Made by a program: the position numbers and the translations under genes | In this document: positions 38,141-45,993 of the stretch, one piece after another | Position numbering within the stretch: position 1 is the stretch's first letter | Layout: each line of letters starts with the position of its first letter | Source: Acidobacteriota bacterium | GTDB lineage: Bacteria; Actinomycetota; Acidimicrobiia; Acidimicrobiales; CADCSY01 | Length of the DNA stretch: 62,863 bases | Direction of reading: 5' to 3' | NCBI GenBank assembly: GCA_019510095.1 | Contig: JAEKLB010000022.1 | Coordinates: forward strand, 1 to 62,863 | Notes under the pieces: model-generated | The model's database searches: none | What the model saw: the letters and a program-made list of their open reading frames with translations, nothing else | Told to the model about the DNA's origin: nothing

Positions 38141-40867
38141 TCAGGGAGTGGTTGCCGCGGCGACCGGCGCATAGGTCCGTCGGCCGAACCACGATCGGCG
38201 GGTCGTCACCCCACCGCAGAGGAAGCGCCGCACGGCCTCCTGGGCGTCGTCGTCGAGCTTGTTCCCGTCGGCGTCGACCAGCTCGAAGCGGTCGTCGGCG
38301 AGGGCATCGGTGGCCACGATGGTGGCGGCGACCACCTCGACATGGGCCGCGGCGAACGCGGTGGCGATGACGTGCAGCAGCCCGGGCTTGTCGGCCGCCG
38401 TCACCTCGCAGACGGTGTGCCACGGGGACGACGCGTTGTCGAAGGCAATCGTCACGTCGGCGAGGAGCGGGCTCTCCAACGGCTGGTCGAACGCAGCGGC
38501 GACGTCGCGCTCGAGCCCGACACGGTCGGGTGCGATCGCCGCTCGCACGAGAAACGACTCAAGGGCGATGCGGTCGGGCCACGTGGCCACCACCGCCTCC
38601 ACCACGTCGAGGTCGTGGTCGGCGAGGACACCCGTCACCACGGCCAGCAGGCCGTGCCGGTCGCGGGCGGCGACATCGACGTACCACGTGTCGGGTTCGC
38701 CGTTCGGGCCGACCCGGACGCGGGCCTCGCGGCCGTGCGGTGGGGGATTGAGGAGCTTGGCGTGGCGGGCCATTGCCGAGGGCTCCTGGCGGATCACGTA
38801 GGGCCGGGGGGCACGGGCGAGGCGGTCGCGTACGGCCTCGTCGTCGCTCGCCAAGGCAATTGCCTCCGTGCGGCGGCGCCCGATGAGGTTGCGGGCCTCC
38901 TCGCCGGTCAGCTGGTCATGGGCGAGCACCTCCTGAACGAGCCGGTGCAGCTCGCGCAGCCGAGTGAGCTCCCAGGTCGGGCGGTCGCCGTTAGTCAAGG
39001 CCGACAGGACGTAGAGGGCGCGTGCCCGCTCGGGTGTGTCGAGGTGTGACGCCAGCTGGGTGACGGCCTCCTCGCTGAACGCCCCGGCACGCAGGGCGGC
39101 AGCCCACGGCAGGTGCCGGTCGTCGATGAGCGAGCCGATCTCGGCTTCGGCCTCGGTGCCCACGCCCAGCCGCCGCACCACCGCCCGGGCCGTGTCGCCC
39201 GGCGCCGGTTCGTGCTCGAGGGCGTCGACCAGCAGCAGCGCGAGGACGAGCCAGTCGGGATGCAGCAGGCGTTCGGCCTCGATGGCGACGGGGGCACCGG
39301 CGTCGAGCCGCCGGAGTCGCTCGAGGGCGGGGAAGCGGTACGACTCGAGCTGGTCGATCGCCATCGACCCGGAGCGTCGGGTCTCGAGCGCCCGGGCGAG
39401 ATCGGGAGCAGCGGCGGCGAGAACACCGGTGGTGTCGAGGAACCGCCACGATCGGCCGTTGCCCCGCTCGATCAGGTCGAGCAGGTCGTCGAGGGCGTCA
39501 CGCCGCCAGCGGAGGGCCGATTCCGGAAGACCAGTCAGCCATTCGACAAGTTCCCGGCCTGGCTCTCGGCGGCCGACTGCGACCGCGGCCTGGAGCGCCA
39601 GCTCCAGGCTGGCGGACTCCGGTGGGCGGGCAGCCAGATCGACCATGTCGTCGGTGACCCCCAGCCAGCCGCCGGGCGGCATGACGTCGGTGACGTCGAC
39701 CTGGGCCCGGCGGGCGGCATTCAGCCGCGTGTAGCGGAGCTTGAGGATCTGGGGTGTGGCGAGCGTGGTCACCAGCACGACGAGCAGCAGCGCGGCATAG
39801 AGGTTGTCGTCGAGCACGCCGTTGGAGAGGCCGATGGTGGCGAAGATCAGGCCGACCTCGCCGCGCGGGAGCATGCCGATGCCGATGAGCAGCTTGTCGC
39901 CAGGGCTGCCGGCGGCGCCAAGTGGTGACACGAGCTTGCCGGCGACCGCGGCCAGCAGGAGGAGCGCCGCATCGCGCAGCACGGTGGCGTGGCCGAAGGC
40001 GCCGATCTGGGCATCGATGCCGATCTGGAGGAAGAAGACCGGGATGAAGAGGTGGCCGACGGGCGCCAGCTCGCGGCGGATCCGGTCGGACTGGTCGCTG
40101 CGGGTCAGGGCGAGCCCGGCGACGAAGGCGCCCACGATGGGGGCCAGCTTGGCGGCGTCGGCCACCCGGGCGAAGGCGAGGGTGAAGGCCAGCGCCAGGG
40201 CGACCATGGTGCCGGTCGAGCGGGAGAGCCGGGCAACCAGGGCGAAGAGGGGCCCGCTCAGCCGCAGGCCGACGGCGCCCCCGACGACCAGGAAGGCGAC
40301 GGCGACGCCGACGATGCCGGCGACCGACAGGGCCGAGACCGAACCCTCGGTGACGAGTCGCACGACGACGGTGAGCACGACGAGGCCCATGACGTCGTCG
40401 GCCACCGCGGCGCCGAGCACGATCCTCGCCTCGGTGGTGGCCAGGGCGCGGAGGTCGCCGAACACGCGAGCAGTGATGCCCACGCTGGTCGCCGTGAGGG
40501 CGGCGCCGACGAACAGCGATGTCTTGAAGTCGTCGCCGATGAGCTCCATGGCCCCGATGCCGAGCACCATCGGGCAGATCACGCCGACCGTCGCCACCAG
40601 CAACGAGGCGCGTCCGACCTTGCTCAGCTCGCCGAGATCCATCTCCATGCCGACCTCGAGCAGCAGGAGGATCACACCGATCTCGCCGAGGGTGCGCAGC
40701 ACCTCGTCGTGGTGTCCGACCAGGCCGAGCATCGAGGGACCGACCAGCACGCCGGCGACGATCTCGCCGACCACGGCCGGCACGCCGACGCGCTCGGCCA
40801 GCTCGGCCGCGACCTTGGCGGCGACGAGCACGATGAGGATGTCGGTGAGAACGGTGGTGATGTCCAT
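38141..40867 (-). CDS. Cation:proton antiporter (CPA2-like) fused to a degenerate GlnD-like HD region and two ACT domains
   Basis: Antiporter motifs GEIGVILLL, ATSVGIT, AVADDVMG, GMLPRGEVG in about aa 1-378; then LALLLVDALE (HD position degenerate) and ACT-like AARDRHGLL and AADKPGLL. Confidence 0.85.
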   Translation of the reverse strand: MDITTVLTDILIVLVAAKVAAELAERVGVPAVVGEIVAGVLVGPSMLGLVGHHDEVLRTLGEIGVILLLLEVGMEMDLGELSKVGRASLLVATVGVICPMVLGIGAMELIGDDFKTSLFVGAALTATSVGITARVFGDLRALATTEARIVLGAAVADDVMGLVVLTVVVRLVTEGSVSALSVAGIVGVAVAFLVVGGAVGLRLSGPLFALVARLSRSTGTMVALALAFTLAFARVADAAKLAPIVGAFVAGLALTRSDQSDRIRRELAPVGHLFIPVFFLQIGIDAQIGAFGHATVLRDAALLLLAAVAGKLVSPLGAAGSPGDKLLIGIGMLPRGEVGLIFATIGLSNGVLDDNLYAALLLVVLVTTLATPQILKLRYTRLNAARRAQVDVTDVMPPGGWLGVTDDMVDLAARPPESASLELALQAAVAVGRREPGRELVEWLTGLPESALRWRRDALDDLLDLIERGNGRSWRFLDTTGVLAAAAPDLARALETRRSGSMAIDQLESYRFPALERLRRLDAGAPVAIEAERLLHPDWLVLALLLVDALEHEPAPGDTARAVVRRLGVGTEAEAEIGSLIDDRHLPWAAALRAGAFSEEAVTQLASHLDTPERARALYVLSALTNGDRPTWELTRLRELHRLVQEVLAHDQLTGEEARNLIGRRRTEAIALASDDEAVRDRLARAPRPYVIRQEPSAMARHAKLLNPPPHGREARVRVGPNGEPDTWYVDVAARDRHGLLAVVTGVLADHDLDVVEAVVATWPDRIALESFLVRAAIAPDRVGLERDVAAAFDQPLESPLLADVTIAFDNASSPWHTVCEVTAADKPGLLHVIATAFAAAHVEVVAATIVATDALADDRFELVDADGNKLDDDAQEAVRRFLCGGVTTRRSWFGRRTYAPVAAATTP

Positions 40868-40888
40868 GTCGTCCGTGTCTGGGACGCA

Positions 40889-40923
40889 GATCGGGCGGGT
40901 GCGGAGCCCGCACCCGCCCGATC
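40889..40923. terminator. Perfect 16-bp GC-rich stem-loop between amt and the antiporter fusion (terminator or mRNA-stabilising hairpin)
   Basis: GATCGGGCGGGTGCGG-AGC-CCGCACCCGCCCGATC; no U-tract. Confidence 0.6.
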
Positions 40924-40948
40924 GCGTGAGTCGGATGTGTCGGTGGTG

Positions 40949-42490
40949 CTAGAGCGAGACGGTCTCGTTGGTGGGGCTGCCGCCGGCGTGGGCGACGAGC
41001 ACGTCTGCTTCCATGAACTCCGGATAGGCAAGGGCGCCCATCTCGGGCATGTCCATGCCGGCGATCTCCATCTCGGCCGGCGGGCGGATGCCACCCTTCA
41101 TGACCGCGTTCTGGATCTTGAAGAAGGCATAGGCCACCCCGAGGATGACCGTCCAGATGACGACCGCGCCCAGTGCCTGAGCACCCAGCTGGCCGAGACC
41201 GGGATTCATGCCGTAGAAGATGCCGGTGACGCCCTTGGCGGCGGCCGAACCTTCCGTGGTGAGGTTCCAACCGGCGCCATAGTGGCCGTTCGAGAACAGG
41301 CCGATGCACAGGACGCCGAAGGTGCCGCACACGCCGTGCACCGCGATGGCGCCGACCGGATCATCGACGTGCAGCTTGGTGTCGATGAACACTGCGGCGA
41401 ACACCACGAGCACACCGGCGAGGGCACCGATCAGGGCAGCGGCCCACGGATCGACGAACGCGCACGGGGCCGTGATGGCGACGAGGCCGGCGAGCATGCC
41501 GTTCACCATCATCCCCGGATCGGGCTTGCCCCAGCGCCACATCACCCAGAACATCGCGGACGTTGCGCCGAAGGCGGCGGCGAGCGCGGTGTTGGTGGCG
41601 ACCATGGCGAACTGGATGTCGGTCGCCGCCAGGGTGGAGGCGGCGTTGAAGCCGAACCAACCGAACAGCAGGATGAAGCAGCCGAGCATGGCCATCGGGA
41701 TGTGGTGGCCGGGCAGTGTGTTCGAGGAGCCGTCGCGGTTGTACTTGCCGATGCGGGGCCCGAGCACGAGGGCGCCCGCCAAACCGGCGACGCCGCCCAC
41801 CGCGTGCACCACGCCGGAACCGGCGAAGTCCACGTAGCCGAGGCCGAGGTGCATGCTGTTGCCGACCTGGGCCAGCCAGCCGCCACCCCAGGTCCACGCG
41901 CCGAACAGCGGGTAGTACACGGCGCCACAGAACACGCCCCAGCCCACGAAGGCGTTCCACTTCCACCGCTCGGCCATGGCGCCGGTCGGGATCGTGGCCG
42001 TTGTGTCCATGAAGGCCACCATGTAGAGGAAGAAGCCGGCAACTGCCGCGCCACCGCTCTTGCCGATGTCGCCGAGGGCGAAGCCGCCCTTCCACAGGAA
42101 CACCCATTGGCCGGAGCCGATCAGGCTGCTGCCAACGGCGTGGTTGTAGCCGATCAACGAGGTCGAGTAGCCGCCGAACATGAAGGCGTAGCCGACGAGG
42201 AAGTAGCCGACGAAGCCCAGGCCGAAGATGGCGAAGTTCGTCGACACCACGTGGGCGGCGTGCTTGGCCCGGCAAAAGCCGGTTTCGACCAGCGCGAAAC
42301 CGGCCTGCATGAAGATGACGAGGACGGCGCCGATGACGACCCAGAGCAGGTTGGTCTGCGTGCCGAGCGTCTTGACCGCCTCGTCGACCGTCTTGACCGT
42401 GGGGGCATCGGACTGGGCGAAGGCGGTGCCCGACATGGCGAGGAGGGCGGTGGTACCGAGCCCGAAGGCGACGGCGAGCTTGCGGCGCAT
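40949..42490 (-). CDS. amt: Ammonium transporter (Amt), second paralog
   Basis: IFMQAGF, DFAGSGVVH, FGWFGFN, NGMLAGLVAIT, DDPVGAIAVH; signal-like N-terminus ending AFAQ; GAAGGAG RBS. Confidence 0.95.
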   Translation of the reverse strand: MRRKLAVAFGLGTTALLAMSGTAFAQSDAPTVKTVDEAVKTLGTQTNLLWVVIGAVLVIFMQAGFALVETGFCRAKHAAHVVSTNFAIFGLGFVGYFLVGYAFMFGGYSTSLIGYNHAVGSSLIGSGQWVFLWKGGFALGDIGKSGGAAVAGFFLYMVAFMDTTATIPTGAMAERWKWNAFVGWGVFCGAVYYPLFGAWTWGGGWLAQVGNSMHLGLGYVDFAGSGVVHAVGGVAGLAGALVLGPRIGKYNRDGSSNTLPGHHIPMAMLGCFILLFGWFGFNAASTLAATDIQFAMVATNTALAAAFGATSAMFWVMWRWGKPDPGMMVNGMLAGLVAITAPCAFVDPWAAALIGALAGVLVVFAAVFIDTKLHVDDPVGAIAVHGVCGTFGVLCIGLFSNGHYGAGWNLTTEGSAAAKGVTGIFYGMNPGLGQLGAQALGAVVIWTVILGVAYAFFKIQNAVMKGGIRPPAEMEIAGMDMPEMGALAYPEFMEADVLVAHAGGSPTNETVSL

Positions 42491-42657
42491 CAGCACGACT
42501 CCTTCCATCGGGCTGGCCGGGTGGCGGGACGACACATGGGCAGGTTCCTTTCAGGGGCCGGTAGCTGAACGCCGGGGCAGGGGTCTTTCTGACCTGTCCC
42601 TGAACGTAGGGACAGCCGATCACGGGTCTGTCTCCGGGTTGTAAAGGCTGCCGTTCC

Positions 42658-42690
42658 ACTTGATGACAGAAATCTGACGGGGGTCTGAAC
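42658..42690 (-). promoter_or_regulatory. Three 11-bp direct-repeat units (GTTCAGACCCC CGTCAGATTTC TGTCATCAAGT), candidate OmpR/GlnR-type box
   Basis: Minus strand; lies just upstream of a -10-like TACAAC (42638-42643). Confidence 0.5.
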
Positions 42691-42726
42691 GGTACGCGGG
42701 CAGGGCTGGCGCGACAGACTCAGGCC

Positions 42727-42930
42727 ATGCCGGACCCTGCTCCCGAGATCGACCCGCGCCGCATCCGAATCGGTCTGGCCATCGTCACGATCGCCTTCGT
42801 CGTGGGCCTCGTGCTCCTGTTCGTGGTCGACGATCCCGTGGGCCGGGCGATGATGGCCGCCGTCAGCGTCGTGGCCCTCATACGCGGCGGCCTGCTGGTG
42901 CGGTCGATCCGGCGCGACCAGACCGCCTGA
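42727..42930 (+). CDS. Small two-TM hypothetical membrane protein
   Basis: Two hydrophobic helices, ATG start, 11 nt upstream of the MFS gene. Confidence 0.7.
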   Translation: MPDPAPEIDPRRIRIGLAIVTIAFVVGLVLLFVVDDPVGRAMMAAVSVVALIRGGLLVRSIRRDQTA

Positions 42931-42941
42931 TCGAGGCCCCG

Positions 42942-44390
42942 GTGGCCCGCCACGAAGCCATTCGCTACGGCACGCCGGCGGCCCGCTGGGTGCTGGCCGC
43001 CACCGTCCTGGGATCGGGCGTCGCCTTCCTCGACGGCACGGTCGTCAACGTCGCCCTGCCGGCCATCAGCAACGACCTGCACGCGTCGTTGGCGGCACTG
43101 CAGTGGACCCTCGACGCCTACCTGGTGACCTTGTCGGCGCTGCTGCTCCTGGGCGGCAGTCTCGGCGACCGCTACGGGCGGCGCACGATGTTCGTTGCCG
43201 GCCTGGCGGCGTTCATCGCCGCCTCGGTGCTGTGCGGGCTGGCGCCGACAGCCGGCTTCCTCGTCGGGGCCCGGGCCCTGCAGGGCGTCGGTGGCGCGTT
43301 GCTCGTGCCCGGGAGCCTCTCGATCATCTCGGCCTCCTTCCACCCCGACGACCGCGGGCGGGCCGTCGGTGCATGGTCGGGCCTGGCCGGGGTGACCACG
43401 GCCATCGGCCCCTTCGTGGGCGGCTGGTTGATCGATGCCGCCAGCTGGCGGCTCATCTTCCTGCTCAACGTGCCGCTGGCCGGTCTCGCGGCCTGGATCG
43501 CCGTGCGCCACGTTCCCGACACCAGCGATCGGGAGCCGGGCGCCCTCGACCTTCCCGGCGCCGCGCTGGTGACCGTTGGCCTGGCCGCTGTCGCCTACGC
43601 CCTGATCGAGCGGGCTGGCGCGGCGAGCGTGCTCGCCGGCGTCATCGGCGTCGCCGCCATCGTGGCGTTCCTCGCGGTCGAGGCGCGGGTGTCCCACCCG
43701 ATGCTGCCGCTGTCGTTGTTCGGCTCGCGCCAGTTCACCGGGGCCAACGTCACCACCTTCGCCGTCTACGGCGGTCTCGGTGGCGCCCTGTTCCTCGTCG
43801 TGCTGCGCCTGCAGCTGTCGCTCGGCTACTCGGCGTTGGAGGCCGGCTCCTCCCTGGTGCCGTTCACCGCGCTCATGCTCGCGCTCTCACCGTCGGCCGG
43901 CGCCCTCTCCCAGCGCATCGGGCCGCGGCTCCCGATGACGATCGGGCCACTGATGGCCGGCCTGGGCCTCGTGCTCTTCGCCGGCGTCGGCCCCGGCGAT
44001 GGTTACCTGGCGTCGGTGTTCCCGGCGGTGGTCGTCTTCGGCCTCGGCATGACGCTGACCGTCGCGCCCCTCACCGCCACCGTGCTGGCCAGCGTCGACA
44101 ACCGGCATGCGGGGGTCGCTTCGGGTGTCAACAACGCGGTGGCGCGTCTTGCCGGCCTGCTGGCGGTGGCCGTGCTCCCTGCCCTCGCCGGCATCGCGAC
44201 CGACGGCGACCTGGCTCGGACGCTCGACCACGGCTTCGCCACAGCCCTCCACATCGCCGCCGGGATGTGCGTGGCCGGTGGCCTGGCGTCGCTGGCGCTC
44301 GTCCGCGACGGCTCGGTGGACCAGGCGTCGCACGGCCTCATGTTCCATCCGTGCGACGACCTCTCGGAGGCGGGGACTCAGGCCCGATAG
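42942..44390 (+). CDS. MFS transporter, DHA2 (EmrB/QacA) family
   Basis: FLDGTVVNVALP, GSLGDRYGRR, ARALQGVGGA, WRLIFLLNVP, ASGVNN. Confidence 0.93.
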   Translation: MARHEAIRYGTPAARWVLAATVLGSGVAFLDGTVVNVALPAISNDLHASLAALQWTLDAYLVTLSALLLLGGSLGDRYGRRTMFVAGLAAFIAASVLCGLAPTAGFLVGARALQGVGGALLVPGSLSIISASFHPDDRGRAVGAWSGLAGVTTAIGPFVGGWLIDAASWRLIFLLNVPLAGLAAWIAVRHVPDTSDREPGALDLPGAALVTVGLAAVAYALIERAGAASVLAGVIGVAAIVAFLAVEARVSHPMLPLSLFGSRQFTGANVTTFAVYGGLGGALFLVVLRLQLSLGYSALEAGSSLVPFTALMLALSPSAGALSQRIGPRLPMTIGPLMAGLGLVLFAGVGPGDGYLASVFPAVVVFGLGMTLTVAPLTATVLASVDNRHAGVASGVNNAVARLAGLLAVAVLPALAGIATDGDLARTLDHGFATALHIAAGMCVAGGLASLALVRDGSVDQASHGLMFHPCDDLSEAGTQAR

Positions 44391-45328
44391 GGACGCAGCC
44401 CGTCAGCGGGAACCGTGCCGAGGCGCCCTGCATTGAAGTCGTCCACGGCCTGCTGGAGCTCGGCGCGCGTGTTCATCACGAACGGGCCGTAGTGGGCGAC
44501 CGGTTCGCCGATCGGCTTCCCGCCGAGCAGGAGCACGTCGAGCGGGTCGGACGGGTGCCCCTCGAAGGTGAGCTGGTCGCCGGCACCGAACACGACGAGC
44601 TGGCCCTTCGTGATCGGGCGGTGCTCGGCGGCGGCCGTGCCTTGACCAGACAGGACGTAGGCGAGGGCATTGAAGTCGGCGCGCCAGGGCACGACCAGCT
44701 GGGCGCCGGCGGTGACGGTGGCATGGGCGACGGTGATCGGTGTGTAGGTGGCCCCCGGTCCGTGGTGCCCGGCGATGTCGCCGGCGATCAGGCGGACGAG
44801 GGCGCCACCATCGCGTGACGACAGCAACGTGACCTGGTCGGCCTCGAGGCTCTGGTACCGGGGGGCGACCATCTTGTCCTTGGCCGGGAGGTTCACCCAC
44901 AGCTGCACGCCGTGGAAGAGGCCTCCACTGATGACCAGCTGTTCGGGCGGCGTCTCGATGTGGAGGATGCCGCCGCCCGCCGTCATCCACTGGGTGGCGC
45001 CGTCGGAGATGACGCCACCGCCACCATGTGAGTCCTGGTGCTGGAAGGTCCCGTCGATCATGTAGGTCACGGTCTCGAAGCCGCGGTGCGGGTGCCAGTC
45101 GGTGCCCCGCGGCTCGCCCGGGCCGTAGTCGACCTCGCCCATCTGGTCCATGTGGATGAAGGGGTCGAGGTCGCGCTGGTCGACGCCAGCGAAGGCCCGG
45201 CGGACGGGAAAGCCCAGGCCCTCGTGACTGGCGGGTGCGGTGGTGACCGACCGGACCGGCCGGTCGTGGGCCTCGATGGTGGACTCGATCTTGGGCAGGC
45301 GCAGCGGGTCAGCGGTCACGGCGGGCAT
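44378..45328 (-). CDS. Pirin family protein
   Basis: DPFIHMD, HPHRGFETVTY, QWMTAGGGILHIE, QLWVNLP, GPFVMNT. Confidence 0.95.
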   Translation of the reverse strand: MPAVTADPLRLPKIESTIEAHDRPVRSVTTAPASHEGLGFPVRRAFAGVDQRDLDPFIHMDQMGEVDYGPGEPRGTDWHPHRGFETVTYMIDGTFQHQDSHGGGGVISDGATQWMTAGGGILHIETPPEQLVISGGLFHGVQLWVNLPAKDKMVAPRYQSLEADQVTLLSSRDGGALVRLIAGDIAGHHGPGATYTPITVAHATVTAGAQLVVPWRADFNALAYVLSGQGTAAAEHRPITKGQLVVFGAGDQLTFEGHPSDPLDVLLLGGKPIGEPVAHYGPFVMNTRAELQQAVDDFNAGRLGTVPADGLRPYRA

Positions 45329-45344
45329 TGGGGCCCCTTCCAGA

Positions 45345-45362
45345 TAGTTGCGGATACAACTA
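45345..45362. promoter_or_regulatory. Palindromic operator TAGTTG-N6-CAACTA upstream of pirin
   Basis: Perfect 6-bp inverted repeat in an AT-rich patch 16 nt upstream of the pirin start; MarR-like geometry (inference). Confidence 0.55.
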
Positions 45363-45441
45363 CTTTAACGGTCGGCGGGCCTGGATTGTTCCCCTGGAGA
45401 ACGCCGGCAGGCCCGAGCCATGATCCCGTAGGTTCGGGCCG

Positions 45442-45990
45442 ATGACCGACGGTCCCCGCATCGCACCGCTCCCCGAGGAGGACTGGACCGACCGCCAGCG
45501 GGAGGTGATGACGCCGCTGTTGGGCAACAACGCCCGCAACATCTACACGACCCTGGTTCGGGCACCCGACCTCGCCGAGAAGATGACGACCTTCGGCCGC
45601 ACCCTTCGAGGCGAGCCACTGTCGTTGCGCCAGCGGGAGACGCTCATCCTCCGAACCGGTTGGAACTGCGGGTCGGAGTACGAGTTCGCCCAGCACCGCG
45701 TCCTCGCCACCAAAGGGGGCATGACCGACGACGACCTCCGGCGGATCGTCGCCGGGCCGGACGCCGATGGATGGGACTCGGTCGAGCGAGCCCTGTGCCG
45801 AGCCGCCGACGAGCTGCATGCCGACTCCGTCGTCAGCGACGCCACGTGGGCCGAGCTGAGCGCGGTGTTCGGCGAGCAGGAGCTGATCCAGGCCGTCCTC
45901 CTCGTGGGCTACTACCACGTGGTGTCCTTCGCGTTGAACACCTGCCGCACACCGCTCGAGCCAGGACGCGTCGGCTTCCCGACCGACTGA
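45442..45990 (+). CDS. Carboxymuconolactone decarboxylase / AhpD-like protein
   Basis: RETLILRTGWNCGSEYEFAQH, RAADELH, ATWAEL. Confidence 0.88.
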   Translation: MTDGPRIAPLPEEDWTDRQREVMTPLLGNNARNIYTTLVRAPDLAEKMTTFGRTLRGEPLSLRQRETLILRTGWNCGSEYEFAQHRVLATKGGMTDDDLRRIVAGPDADGWDSVERALCRAADELHADSVVSDATWAELSAVFGEQELIQAVLLVGYYHVVSFALNTCRTPLEPGRVGFPTD

Positions 45991-45993
45991 CGC

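Noticed and set aside
38141-39730. Calling the antiporter tail a functional GlnD (glnD symbol)
   Set aside because: No nucleotidyltransferase motif is visible and the HD position reads VD, so uridylyl/adenylyl transfer or removal is not supported.
42558-42615. Known riboswitch (glutamine/glnA, c-di-AMP, c-di-GMP) or ANTAR site in the amt leader
   Set aside because: I could not match the conserved cores of these families; kept only as an unassigned structured leader.
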